A stretch of DNA of 63,973 bases, filler included, from Reclinomonas americana ATCC 50394 (GCA_048213135.1; 14 parts of 6 records of this genome joined end to end with filler, not necessarily neighbours in it); one strand, 5' to 3'. Counted from the first letter of the whole stretch, positions 25,886 to 39,540 are shown. Translations and numbers: made by a program. The notes: a model not told the origin generated them from the sequence alone.

Positions 25886-28800
25886 ATGAGCAGCGACGAG
25901 GAGAACGACGAGGCGTGGCAGGACGATGACGACGACGATGATGATGTCGATGATGAGGAGGAGGAGGAGGAGCGAGGTGCGTGAGATGGCCTCCACACAC
26001 AAACAAACACGCGCACACGCGCACGCACACGCAGAGAGCGGCGTGTGAGCAATGCACACTGTGTGCGTGTGTGTGTATGTGTGCATGTGGCTGTGAGCGA
26101 GAACAAGAGCGCGTGAGTTTTGTGTGTGTGCGCGCGCGCGCAATGTTGAGTTGTCTTTGTGCGTGTGCGTGTGTGCAGCGCGCCCTGTGAAACGTGCCAA
26201 GACAAGTGCGACCAAGAAGAGCAAGAGTGCACGTGGAGGCAAAGGTCGCGGCGGTGGTGGTGCTGGTGGTGCTGGAGGAAGTGCGGCGGGTGGTCTTGGT
26301 GGCATGTTTGTGAATGTGGAGGCGGAGGCGAGTGAGGACGACGAGGACGATGAGGATGAGGAGGATATGGATGATGAGATTGAGGCGGATGAGATTGTCA
26401 AGGTGGAAATCGACCTCTGTGAAAAGGCGACACAGAGACAGAGATTGAGACTGATTGTTGTGATTGACAGGATTTCATTGTGCCCAATGATCGGCGACCG
26501 CGGCGGCAGAAGAAGAAGCATGGAGGGCGTGGGGATGAGGAGGATGAGGATGAGCCGTCGTTGTTGGAGCTGCTGCGGCAGCGGCGAGAGGATGATGATG
26601 CGGTGGGCGGACCGGGCATTCGTGGTATCGATTCGGTCATTCAGCGCCTGCAGAGCCGTGGCGACGACGACGAGGACGAGGATGATGTCATGGCGATGGA
26701 TGGTGCGTGGGGGGACACCGAGGGAGCGAGAGGAGGGATGCAGGGCCGGCTTGCTGATCTGTGTGCGTGCGTGTGCAGAGATTGACGAGGAGGAAGAGGC
26801 GGAGCTGGATAGGCGAGATCAGGTCGACTATCCGACCCCACACGACCCAAAACTGTTTATTATCAAGTGCAAGGTGCGTTTTTGTGTGTTGGTGGTGCCA
26901 CTCGTGTCCTCCACCATGCTCACACACACGCGTGCGCGCGCGCAGCCGGGCATTGAGCGCGAGGTGACGATGCGATTGATGGCCAAGGCGTCGCGCATGA
27001 TTGCGGCGAATGGCGGCGAGTTGCCACCCCGTTGCATCACCTCTGTGGTGGCTCTCGACGCCATGACGGGTCGCATCTACGTCGAAGGACCCAACGACGA
27101 AGTCGTCAAGGAGGTGTGTGTGTGTGTGTGTGTGTTTTGTGATGCAGTTGTCGCCGTGTGTGCGCGTGGCCGGCCTCCTCACGTGCGCCGTCGATGCACA
27201 CAGTTCCTGCGTGGTGTGCGCGACTTGTCGACATGGAACATGCAACTGGTGCCGGTGGACGAGCGTGTGGCCGGCGTCAGTGTGGGCTCCAAGAAAGTGG
27301 TAACGGCGTTGAAGGACGGCCAGTGGGTGCGCTTCAACCGCGGTGTCAACAAGGGCGATCTGCTGCTGGTGATGCAATACGACGCGGTCCGCCAAATGGC
27401 CACGGTGAGGTTCGTACCGCGTGTGGACCCGCTCGAGGATCAGAAGCGGCAGGCTGCGGCGGCGGCTGCGGCGGCGGCGGGTCGCAGCACGAAGAAGCGA
27501 GGGCGCGCCGTTCGTCCACCACCGAGAATGGCAATTCGTTCCGACTTTGACGCATCGACGTATGCGGTGGAGCCGAAGCCTGATGGGGGGTTTTCGTGGC
27601 ATCACCACTCGTTCGACAAGGATGGCTACGAGATCAAGACTGTGTCGATCAAGGTGGGGCGGGTGGGGAAAGGAAAGGGGAGCGAGGGGGAGAGAGAAAA
27701 GGAGGGACAGAGAATGATTGACAGTATCATCAGTCGGTACTCTGGTCTGGTCTGTGTGGCTTTCTTTTTCTCTCTCTGTATGTGTGGGTAGGAACGAGTT
27801 GAGGAGGAGAGGGGGTTGGTGAGAGTTAAGAGGGAGATAAAGATTGTGGCAGTGGTACAGCATCTGTTCTTGGTGCTTCGTTGTGGTCTTTCTATCTGCG
27901 CATGTTTAAGGAAGAAAGAGTTGAGAGAACGAGGGAAAGGACATTTGTGCGAGAAAGAGAGAGTGCGGCACATCATCGTTGCTTGGTGCCTTTGTCTGCG
28001 CGCTCTCCATACGTGTGCGTTTGTATGGGAATGAGAGGGATGATGATTGTGGTATTAGTTCAGTCAATCAGTACCCTGGTTTCTCTCTCTCTCTCTCTTC
28101 ATGTGCAAGTGCATGTGTGTTCATGTCTGTGCGTGACAGAGAGAAATGAGAGGTGCAGGGTCAGTCAATCTGTTCCCTTGTTTGTCTGTCCTGTCTCTCT
28201 CGCTCTCTGTTTCCGTCCCTGTCTCTCTTTTTCTCTCTCCCACTTTCCCTCTTTCCCCTTTCCCTCCTTCTCGCTCATGTGCACTGCTCTCACACCGTCC
28301 ATCACGCAGACACTGGAGACGAGGAATGTGGAGCCGGCACTCGATGAAATGAAGAGATTCCACGAGGGTGCCGTGGCCAGCGCGGCTGCCGACAAGGGCT
28401 CAGGACAGAGCACGCGTGACATGCTGGCGCGCTCGGCGGTGAAGCGTCAGATTGTCTTTAGCACCGGCGACTCGGTCATTGTGACGTCGGGTCAGTACAA
28501 GAATCTGTCGGGCGTGGTGCAGGCCGTCGACAAGGACACTGTGTCTATCATTCCCGCCGCTGGCTCACAGTTGCCTGTTGCGTATCTTGCTTGCTATTCT
28601 GATTCCCCTGTGCGCGTCATGCTGACCAAATACTGGCGGTTGCAGGGCTCGATTGTGGTGGAGAAATCCTTGATCGACAAGTACTTCCAGAAGGGCGACT
28701 CGGTCAAGGTGCTGGCTGGCCGCTACGCGGGTGAAACCGGTATGGTCATCAAGGTGGAAACCACACGTGGTGTCACAGTGGTCACCGTGCAGAGCGACTT

Positions 28801-31762
28801 GTCGACCGAGAAGACGGTGCGCTTGTTTTCTTTGTTTTGCGTGCTCAGCGACGTACGGCACCTGATGATGATTGCGATGCAGATGGAAGTGTTTGCCGCC
28901 GACTTGAAGTTGTCGCGCGATACCTCTACCGGTGTCGAATCGGCCGGCAAGTTTGCGTTGCATGATTTGGTGCAGTTGGAGTTGCGTATTGTCTGCGAAC
29001 CCCCCATGTTGTTGATCATTGACTGATGGTGACGGCGCAGTCCCGAGATGTGGGGCATCGTGGTTCGCTTCCAGACGGGAGTCATTGGCGTGATGAATGT
29101 GCACGGCGAGGTCATTGAGAAGACGCCGGCTGAGCTGGAGTTGAGACGCGGCAAGGACTATGCGATTGACCATACCAAGAACCAGTTCCGCCAGAACGAC
29201 ATTGTGCGTGTCGTCGAAGGGCCGAACAAGGTTTCGTTCCCGCCCGACTGCATCGCATGGTGTGTATTGTTGTAACCCGCGCTGCTGTGCAGGGTCGTCA
29301 AGGCACCGTGAAGCACATTTACAGGGCCTGGGTGTTTGTGCACTCGCGAGAGGTGCCAGACAATGGCGGTGTGTTTGTCGTGCGCTCGCACAATGTGCAA
29401 GTGCAGGGCGGAAGAGCAGACAGCAGTGCAAGTCGTGGAGCCGGTAGTTCAATGGGACCGCCGTCGGCGATGGGTGGTGGTCGCGGTGCAGGTCGTGGTC
29501 GTGGTGCTTTCGGTAGGAGCGCGACCGCCCTCTTTGTTGTCCCACGTGTTCGTTTGCTCACAGTGTGTGTCATTCGTTGCAGGCGGGCGCTTCGGCAGGG
29601 ACGAGTTCTTGTACAAGAAAGTGCGCATCAAGGGACCCCATCAGTTCAAGGTATGTCGGCAGTGCGGCGTGACCGTGGATGTGTTCACTCGCACATTCTC
29701 ACACTCCGGTGGCGGTGCGGTAGGGCTACGCCGGCATGGTCAAGGCCGTCAACGACGACATGTGCACGGTGGAACTTGAATCTGTTTTCCGATCTGTCAA
29801 TGTGCCGCGTGACAAGCTGCTCTTGGTCAATGCGTTGCGTACGATGAGTGATGCCACAGCAAGGGTTGTCGCCGCTCACAGCTGTGTGTGCGTGCGTGTT
29901 GCAGAGAGCGCACGTCGTTTGGTGGTCGCCGCCCTGGCGAAGACTTTGGTGGCAGTTTCGGCAGCTCAAATATGGACCACGGTGGCTCGATGGGATCGTG
30001 GATGCCTCCGCGCACACCGTTGCACGATGGTTCCGGTGCGTACAATAGTAACCCTCGTGTTGTTGCCGGCAGCTCTGTGTCCCTGTTTGCTTACCATATT
30101 TTCTCTCCTCTCGCGCACAGCTACGCCCATGCGCGAAGATGGATCGTCGACTCCATGGGACCCGCGTGCTCCCAACACTCCGGCACGGTGTGTCATGTGC
30201 AACATGTCGCGCTTCTGTTCAAGGATAAGAAATTAATAATGCATCTCCTTCATGTCATAGCGACTCGGACGGCGGAGGCGCCATGTGGGACGCTCGCGTG
30301 CCGAACACACCGCGTCACCAGTTGTGTATGATGAGGGAGAGGGATGGGAAGGAAACTGAAGTCAATGTGCATGTGTGGCTCACACTGTGCGTGCGCGTGC
30401 CTCGCAGCTCCGATCGCTTCGACTCGCCGTTCGAGATGGGAGTTGCGTGGGTGGAGTTGCCCTTGCATCTCCCCCTCTTGACGCGTTCGTCTCACAAGTC
30501 TTGCCCGCAGACACCATACTCGTCGTCGACTCCGAGCATGCGCGGCAACTCGTCGAGCACACCTGTTGGCTCCTTCTCGGCGCCGTCGCCGGCGATGAAT
30601 GCCTACAGCGACTCATACGACACGGCCTCGACGCCGATGAGTGCGGCCACCCCGTCCATGGTGTCGGGCGTCACACCATCGTCGCGACCAATGGCGCACA
30701 CGCCGGGCATGCCGGGCATGGGTGCACCGACGCCGGGTCACACGCTGGGTTTCACCGCCACCACACCGAGCTTCTCGGCACACACACCGATGATGGCTCA
30801 CACGCCGACCATGACGGCACACACCCCGGGCATGGGTGCACCGACTCCGGGCATGGGTGCGCCGACGCCCACCATGTCGGCACACACCCCCCTGTCGGCG
30901 CAGACACCGGGCATCGGGTTGCACTCACATACACCGGCCATGGGTGGCATTGGTGCTCCGACACCTGCCGTCAGCTTCGGGTACACGCCCAGCGACACGC
31001 CGGGTGTTAATGTTCACGGCTACGCGGCGGCCACTCCTGGCTACCACTTGCCGAGCGCCGCTGCGGCTCCCACACCGGCCTTTGGTGGTTCCGGTCATTA
31101 CTCCGCCACACCCGCTGTCGGCTACAGCTCTGCGCACACACCAGCCGTCGGCTTCAGTTCGTCGCATACGCCCGCCGTCGGCGGCAGCGGCGGATACTCG
31201 TCGTACTCACCAGCTCCGGGCGGTTTCCATCCGGCAGGCTCGCCGGAGAGCTACGGAGGGTAAGTGGCTGTGCGGGAGAGTGATGGGGTTTCTGGTTGTG
31301 ACTTTGCTGCTGACGTTCCGTGTGGGCAGTGTGTCGACGCCGGGTAGTTCGACCGTGTCGGAGGGTTGGTTGCAGCCGGGCATGGTTGTCGAGTACAATG
31401 GGCAGCGTGGAGTTGTCATGGAGGTCAAGGACGAGTCGCGATCTTTCAGCGCCAAGGAGTGGATTGCCACCATTCGCACGGTTCGTGCTGGGTGGTGGGA
31501 TGTGTGTGTGTGTGTGTTTTTAGGTGCTGTGTTTTTATTCTTTCGGTGTGCACAGAGCGACGGCAGGGAGATACTGGCGCCCATTCACGATGTGCGACCG
31601 GTGCCGCCAAACAAGATTGGCGACACGGTGGCGGTACTGAGTGGTGCACTGGCGGGACGAGTTGGCAAGGTGTTCCGCCTGTCGGCAGCCGACTGCACAC
31701 TCGACATTAGCGGTCAACATCACACGGTGCACGTGCGCGATTTGGTGGTTATGGGGCGATAG
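25886..31762 (+). CDS. SPT5: Transcription elongation factor SPT5 (DSIF large subunit)
   Basis: Acidic N-terminus, PTPHDPKLFIIKCKPGIERE and the NGN domain (GRIYVE). KOW motifs GQWVRFNRGVNKGDL, FSTGDSVIVTSG, KYFQKGDSVKVLAGRYAGETGMV, GRQGTVKHIYR and VRIKGPHQFKGYAG. TP-repeat CTR and C-terminal KOW pair. Confidence 0.95.
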
Positions 31763-32149
31763 TTGTGTGAGGGGAGAGATGAGAGGGAGGAGGGAAAGAG
31801 GGGAGCGAATGAGAAAATGGACCTATACACACAATACGGTAGTTTTGGTGGGATGAAATGCACAGTCTGTTTCTACTCTAACGCCTCCAGTGATTGCCTC
31901 CCTTCCGCCATGGCTGCGATTCTCAGGATATGGGTCAGATGTTGTGGAGGTATGCTTTATTCACTCTCATTATGTGCATGGCGGACTCATGTTGGCCTGT
32001 TTCAGGATCTTCGTCGCCTCTACGATTGTACACTCCATCTGAACCGGCACCCAGTCAAATCAAGAGGCACCCACATGCCCGACGATCAGCTGCCACCGTT
32101 ACTGGCTAATAATCGCGTTGGTTGGCGCAGAGATTTACAGTAGACAAGC

Positions 32150-32917
32150 ATGAGCGGAGGAGGTTCGTGCGACACTGACCCTGCGTCTCCGGCATCTGGC
32201 CACGACGACTTCATCGAAGAAACGCCGCCACGCAGTGCGGCCGCCGGGACAGAAGGTGTTGGTGGCCGCGTTCACTCTCGCGCCATGGCAAGTGCTGCAC
32301 CGATCTGCATGAGCTTCTCCGAGCACATCGAGCACCATCAACTTCGTTGCGATATCCGGCGAGCGGCGGACGACCGCAACGACGCGCAGCAGCGGCAGCA
32401 GCAGCAGCAGCTGATCCAACATCAGCGGGGCCCGGGTCTCGTGCAGGCCGAGGCCGTGGCGTCTGAGAACGGTGACCGCGACCAAGTGATGCTGCCCGTG
32501 GAGAGCAGCACCGCCGAGGACCAGATTGTGGCCATTGGCCATCTCAACTTGAAAATGACTCGCTTGAGCGGCGAAATAGACACCCTGAAAGCCGCTTTCA
32601 AGCGGCTTGAAACAGATGTCTCTCGTCTGCACCCGCAAGTTCAACAGCTTCTGGCGGAGCATCAGGGAGGCGCGATGGACAAGCTGCGGGCGATCGCCTT
32701 CGGTGCCAGTTCGACATTTGTCAGTTTTGCCCGGCGACAGCTGCCTCGGCTGCGCATGGCATCCGTCGAGGAAGTGATGCGGTCGCTGCAGACGATGAAG
32801 ACGGTACATGTGTCAAGTGTTGCGCTCGATCCCGCTGCTGTTGGCCTCGTCTTGGACGTTCTTGAGAAGGCCAATGTGCCCTGCGACTCGGCGTTCGACC
32901 GCCTCACGCACTTCAAG
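32150..32917 (+). CDS. Uncharacterised protein with a short coiled coil (runs into a linker)
   Basis: Open frame of at least 256 codons with coding-like GC3 bias; heptad LSGEIDTLKAAFKRLETDVSRL. Confidence 0.55.
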
Positions 32918-33934
32918 NNNNNNNNNNNNNNNNNNNNNNNNNNNNNNNNNNNNNNNNNNNNTTAATTAATTAANNNNNNNNNNNNNNNNNNNNNNNNNNN
33001 NNNNNNNNNNNNNNNNNCCGCTGCGTCGGCCACCGAATCGGAGAGTGAGGGTGGCGACAGCGCTCGCGTCGGCAAGCGCGTCGGCAAGGCGGCCTCGACT
33101 GCCGCCGCTCCCGCCTCCAGTTCCGGCGGCAAGGCGGGCAAGCAAGGCGTCAAGGTATGTGTGTGTGTATCTTTCGGCACAGAAAAAAAGAAGCTCTCCT
33201 CCCCGTGCTCAACAAACTTGCCTGTGGCGTGTAGCGCACTCTGATGACGGTGCTGCCGACGACCGATCAGTTGCGTGACTCCATCAGCGGCGACGACGGA
33301 GCAGGTGAACCGNNNNNNNNNNNNNNNNNNNNNNNNNNNNNNNNNNNNNNNNNNNNNNNNNNNNNNNNNNNNNNNNNNNNNNNNNNNNNNNNNNNNNNNN
33401 NNNNNNNNNNNNNNNNNNNNNNNNNNNNNNNNNNNNNNNNNNNNNNNNNNNNNNNNNNNNNNNNNNNNNNNNNNNNNNNNNNNNNNNNNNNNNNNNNNNN
33501 NNNNNNNNNNNNNNNNNNNNNNNNNNNNNNNNNNNNNNNNNNNNNNNNNNNNNNNNNNNNNNNNNNNNNNNNNNNNNNNNNNNNNNNNNNNNNNNNNNNN
33601 NNNNNNNNNNNNNNNNNNNNNNNNNNNNNNNNNNNNNNNNNNNNNNNNNNNNNNNNNNNNNNNNNNNNNNNNNNNNNNNNNNNNNNNNNNNNNNNNNNNN
33701 NNNNNNNNNNNNNNNNNNNNNNNNNNNNNNNNNNNNNNNNNNNNNNNNNNNNNNNNNNNNNNNNNNNNNNNNNNNNNNNNNNNNNNNNNNNNNNNNNNNN
33801 NNNNNNNNNNNNNNNNNNNNNNNNNNNNNNNNNNNNNNNNNNNNNNNNNNNNNNNNNNNNNNNNNNNNNNNNNNNNNNNNNNNNNNNNNNNNNNNNNNNN
33901 NNNNNNNNNNNNNNNNNNNNNNNNNNNNNNNNNN

Positions 33935-35014
33935 ATGCGGACGGCGAGGTTGTGGATGGTCTTGTACAGCGTCGCGCGCACAAATTGCTCCACCGTCGGC
34001 ATGTGCACGTACCACGTGTAAATGGTCTTGTCCGTCCGATGATCGGCGGTGCGTGGGATTTCCTGACGCCCAGCGATCAGCCGCTACGCATTCAAGGACG
34101 GTGGCAGAAATGGAAGGCATACCTGCAATTTGACCACTCCCTGCTGCAGCATGCGGTACATCAACTCGCGAACCTCGTTCGGTGCCGCCAGTGCACGCTC
34201 CACAATCTGCCGGCCAAGGCATGGTTAAGTATTATGCGCATCAAACCACGCACTCTGTTTCTTCCTCCCTCTCTCTCTCCCTCTCCCTCTCCCTCTCCTC
34301 CCCCTCCGCACACGCACCTGCTTCTGCTCCAGCTGATTGAATTCGAGGAGCATGCGGAAGATACGGCCACCCAGCAAACCAAACTTCTCCTCGACAAAGC
34401 GCTCCACGTGCACGGAACGGATGCGTCGCATGACCTCACCAAACTGGATGACGTACGTGCCACCATTCGAGTGCGAAACAGTCTCCAACACACCCAGATG
34501 CCGATGCGCCAGCGTGTCCAGACTCGCTTGCATCTCGTGACGGCTGATTAGCGTCGTCGACGGAAGCTTGTTCAGAATGCTTTCGAAAGTGATGGGTGCT
34601 GCAGCAGAGGTCAGGAGTCTGCCTGTGGGAGCACCATTCGAAAGTAGGGACGAAACTGCTGGTCTCCAGATTGGGATTGCGCTCCGTGGCGCGTGAGCAC
34701 TCGAGAATCACCGAAAACGACTCGACGGCAGCCGGATTCGCATTCTGTCGCACATACTCCAACAAAACCTGCGTGTCAGGGGGGTGAATTCAAGCGTGTC
34801 TCCACCCCACGCATGCACACGGGTTCAACGCAACTTCGTGTCGATACAGAATGTGAAACTGCGTCACATTGATCGTCCAGTACCGCTTGTCTTCTGCATC
34901 GTCGGCATCGCCACCGCCACTGCCGCTGCCCGAACCGAATCCGAACAACGAGTCCACATTCATCGCACCGTCATCGCCGCCCGCATCGCCGCCCGTTCTC
35001 TGACGCTTGCGCGG
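33935..35014 (-). CDS. POLR3C: RNA polymerase III subunit RPC3/RPC82, central exons (contig appears inverted)
   Basis: YWTINVTQFHILYRHE, GGTYVIQF...VERFVEEKFGLLGGRIFRMLLEFNQLEQKQI and LQEIPRTADHRTDKTIYTWYVH...LYKTIHNLAVR. Confidence 0.88.
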
Positions 35015-35950
35015 NNNNNNNNNNNNNNNNNNNNNNNNNNNNNNNNNNNNNNNNNNNNNNNNNNNNNNNNNNNNNNNNNNNNNNNNNNNNNNNNNNNNNN
35101 NNNNNNNNNNNNNNNNNNNNNNNNNNNNNNNNNNNNNNNNNNNNNNNNNNNNNNNNNNNNNNNNNNNNNNNNNNNNNNNNNNNNNNNNNNNNNNNNNNNN
35201 NNNNNNNNNNNNNNNNNNNNNNNNNNNNNNNNNNNNNNNNNNNNNNNNNNNNNNNNNNNNNNNNNNNNNNNNNNNNNNNNNNNNNNNNNNNNNNNNNNNN
35301 NNNNNNNNNNNNNNNNNNNNNNNNNNNNNNNNNNNNNNNNNNNNNNNNNNNNNNNNNNNNNNNNNNNNNNNNNNNNNNNNNNNNNNNNNNNNNNNNNNNN
35401 NNNNNNNNNNNNNNNNNNNNNNNNNNNNNNNNNNNNNNNNNNNNNNNNNNNNNNNNNNNNNNNNNNNNNNNNNNNNNNNNNNNNNNNNNNNNNNNNNNNN
35501 NNNNNNNNNNNNNNNNNNNNNNNNNNNNNNNNNNNNNNNNNNNNNNNNNNNNNNNNNNNNNNNNNNNNNNNNNNNNNNNNNNNNNNNNNNNNNNNNNNNN
35601 NNNNNNNNNNNNNNNNNNNNNNNNNNNNNNNNNNNNNNNNNNNNNNNNNNNNNNNNNNNNNNNNNNNNNNNNNNNNNNNNNNNNNNNNNNNNNNNNNNNN
35701 NNNNNNNNNNNNNNNNNNNNNNNNNNNNNNNNNNNNNNNNNNNNNNNNNNNNNNNNNNNNNNNNNNNNNNNNNNNNNNNNNNNNNNNNNNNNNNNNNNNN
35801 NNNNNNNNNNNNNNNNNNNNNNNNNNNNNNNNNNNNNNNNNNNNNNNNNNNNNNNNNNNNNNNNNNNNNNNNNNNNNNNNNNNNNNNNNNNNNNNNNNNN
35901 NNNNNNNNNNNNNNNNNNNNNNNNNNNNNNNNNNNNNNNNNNNNNNNNNN

Positions 35951-36177
35951 GAACCAGGAGCGCGTGTTGACACACCGACTTGTTGGTGAGTTCCCTCTCT
36001 AACTCTCACTTACTCACACACAATGTCGCTGACAGCAAGTGCCGTACAGGCTCGGCGCCCACCTACCTGTCGAAGGACCAGGAGGAATCACTGACGCGCC
36101 TGGCGGCGGTGGAGGCACGATTGGACACGAGCATTCTCCGTGTGGACAGGGCGCTCGTAATCTTTGAACAATTGTAG
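35951..36177 (+). CDS. POLR3C: RPC3 C-terminal exon(s)
   Basis: YLSKDQEESLTRLAAVEARLDTSILRVDRALVIFEQL* resembles the RPC3 C-terminal helix (L-x-x-S-x-x-x-V-D). Confidence 0.6.
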
Positions 36178-36238
36178 CACCGCATGTCGCCGCCGTCGCT
36201 GCTGTTTTTCACGCATATTTATTCTCTTTGTTACCAAA

Positions 36239-37916
36239 CTATACCCATATTCGCTGACAGAAGCGGGAGCCCTCCGACAAGCACGAGCATTGCGTACGAT
36301 AGCGCTTGATGTAGTCACCCGAATAGCCATAATTGATCGTCAGTTCCTCGCCGGGATGGATGGTCCGGTGAGACCGATAGGCCAAGTGCGGCAGCGCCAT
36401 GCCGCGCTCCGTGTGCACCGCAATGCACGACAGTGACGGGTCGCACGAGTGGTTGAGCCAGCGAGACACGTTGCCACGGAACATGGCGTCGATCGAGTAC
36501 TTGCAGCCGGCTTCGGCGTACTCCAAGTCGTGCACATACGAGATGCCGTCGCGATCCGAAATCATGCACCGCCGCTCAGCCTCCAGTGGCGGCAGCAGTT
36601 CGCCAGCGTACTCGCAGATGAGCGTGTTCGGAGGTATTGGACTCGACTCGGCCAGCACCACACCCCATCCTTTGCCGACCTTGTGCTCGATGCGGACTTG
36701 CACTTGCAGGCCACCAATCACGCGCCGATTGCGTCGAAATCCACGCTGCAGCAGCAGACGGCGGTCGGCAAAACGACCACGGCAATGAGCAATGCAAATC
36801 ACGTACCTGCTTCGCGACTTCCAACGACGACAGCGGGCAGCGTGGATCCGTGCACTCGAAAGCCCTATCTGTCACACGACTGTGGAATCGCGGCAGTGCA
36901 CTTGCCGTGTACGCCGCACGATCCTCGCCAACTGCACCGAGACACACATGCAAGAAGTGATGAGACTGATGCTGCGAAACACACATATGTGGGCACTGCA
37001 ACAACAATGATGGCGCAACAATTATTGAGTTGGCACACACAGATGGTGGTACTGACGGTCATTGTCTGCAGGTGCGACACGAGCAACTCGATGGGAAACG
37101 AGAAGCCGACAGTGGCCAGCGGGACATACTGGACGCGGGGATGCCACAAGTCAATATCTCTCATCTCTGTTGGCGTGCGACGAAAGACGCGGAGACGCAC
37201 ATCAATGTACGGAAAAACGACCTGAGCTCCATTGCTGGACGCCGGCAGGGGAATCGACTCACGACCGAGGGAGATGTCGTCGATGTAAAACTCGATGCGC
37301 TCAGTGTTCGACGATGGAATTTCCCCCACCTGCAAAAAGGGAGAATAGTGGGTGCGTGGGAGCGCGCGACATAGGTGACGTGACGACCTGCTCACCGGCG
37401 CCAGAATGGCCGTATTAATCGCCTCAAACACCTTGTTCACGTCTTGCTCGAGCGTGTGAATCGCTCGTACCAGCGACGGCAACGACGGCAGCAACTGCCA
37501 CGACAGACACTCGGCAAGTGGACTTGTCTCTGTGCATCCGCCCTCCCCATGAGTCGACGGGTGACAAGAAGAGACGCGAGTGACATTGTTACATCGCCGC
37601 AACTCGTCTCCGCTGCCCGCTGGTCCTCAAAGTTGTCAATCGTGCACCACGCAGAGTAGTCCAGTGGTGTAAGCGAGGCCGGGTACACAAACACTCTGCG
37701 ACAGCGAATCACTTGCACAGTTAGTCACATGGAAGTGGAAGGAAAAGGTGAGGTGCCACTGACCTCCTGCACACAAACTCGTGCTGTTGACACACTGCCG
37801 GTGCCTGGTCGACGTGATGGACGCGGCAGTGACCGCACACGAGGCCCACTGGCAGATCAAAGCAGTGATTGGTTGCAAACACCTGTTTGCGACGGTGAGA
37901 TGTGTTAACAACCGCA

Positions 37917-37947
<31 letters not shown>

Positions 37948-39540
37948 CACAATAGCGGACCTCATTGTCTCTACACAAAGACCAGTCGACGCCAGCGGTG
38001 AGGAGCTCCTGCCGCCCAAGAAACAGGCGGCAACGCACACTGGTCACCCGGCGATTTCGATCCTTCCAGATGTAGACGATGCGCGAAATGTGGTGCCAGT
38101 TGGCGTGCACCGGACCACCGAGACGATGGTAGATAAAGTCACCGGCTGCCGCAAAAGAGGTAAACATAAAGAATCAAGCAAGGAGAGAGAGAAGGAGAGG
38201 TTGTACGCAACAGCGATACGTGACAAAGTCGGTGCGTGTCTCGAACAGATGCATCTTGGAAAAGTGAATGTGATTGCCCACGAGACGGAACGGGCACAGC
38301 AGCAGGGCGTCCTTGAACGACTGCTCCGCATAACAGTGACGCGGGTGTGACGGCACAAACCGACCCGGCTGTGCACAGTGTCGGCATCCCACCACCAAGC
38401 AGCAACCACAGACGGGCACACACACACACAACACACACGCACCTCGCAGAGTGACGACGGCTGCGCGGGTACATCAAACTCGCGACATTGCTCGGCGGCT
38501 TTCATGAATTGGGAGCACATTGCTCGCTGATACCAGCTGTGTAAGGAGTGAGCGCGTGCGGATTGACTTGGTTCGCTATTACTCTATGCATGCGAGACGC
38601 AACTCGGAAAACGCGCCTGCTCCACATTCGGGTGCTGGTGGCGGTGGAGGACTGGGGAGGCTTGCGTCCGACTCGCAGCTGTCGCTGTCGTGAGCCGTTG
38701 TGACGGTGAACGCGTCCGGTAGAAATTCGCTTTCATACGCTCCCATTGAGCGGCGTGCCTTGTCCTGCTCTCGTAGAGCATCGACAGTTCGCCACATTGC
38801 CTGCATGTGCTCCACGTGGTGCTCGTCGGCCATTTCTGCACAAGAGGAGGTGAGGGAGACGGCTTGGCGAGCGAGGACGAGAGAAACTGCAATTCTACGC
38901 ACCAATGAACTGACGCACATCACAGGCGTCCATGGCCGTCAGAATGCCCGCCGCCTCCTGCTCCTCCACAATGAGTCGATGGCACGCTGCCTCCAGTTCC
39001 ATCAGCGTTCCCCACGTCAGCGCCGCGTCGGCATCCTGCTCTCAGAGAGGAATGTTAGGCACGGGAGCAACACGATGGGAAGCTTTTAACTCACTTGACC
39101 AGGTACGCGCATCGGCAGCGAGAACCGATGCCGGAAGCTGACAGGCACCACAAACATTCACGGTGAGGTCGCGGTGCACAACTCAAAAAGGATAGCCATA
39201 TCACCTTCCACTCTCACTGGGTGGTCGGTCGGCCCATTGCTCCATGCATGCCGACAGAAACCATTCCGTCGCACCCTGCGTTGTGCATTGTGCGCACATC
39301 AGCAGGCAAGCACACTGAGCGAGGCCAGGACTGTACGCACCTCGAATGTGAGACGGCAGAGGGTAAGCAGCTGCAACACTGGCCGGTTGAGGGTGACAGA
39401 GAGAGCCACCAAGGTTGCAATATTGAAGCCGTGGTCATGCATGTATTTTTCCACCATGGTCTTCTCCAACTGGCACAGATGTGGTGGTTTTCCGTGAATG
39501 CTCCTGCGGCGCGGCTTGATGATGAGAGTGCAGATTGCAG
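36239..39540 (-). CDS. SET-domain histone lysine methyltransferase (SUV39/EHMT-like) with an upstream BAH-like domain; 5' end in a gap
   Basis: SET motifs KGWGV, ICEYAGE, IDAMFRGNVSRWLNHSCDP and GEELTINYG, with post-SET CSC...C. Pre-SET entry DDISLGRESIPLP. BAH-like GDFIY...ISRIVYIW...NEVFATNH...CRV...FVCRR. Confidence 0.85.

Noticed and set aside
28975..29045. Non-canonical TT-donor reading of the GTTGCG sites (G|TTGCGT)
   Set aside because: GT-AG junctions keep the frame and give the conserved residue (SPT5 LVQLD); a TT donor would need a non-AG acceptor.
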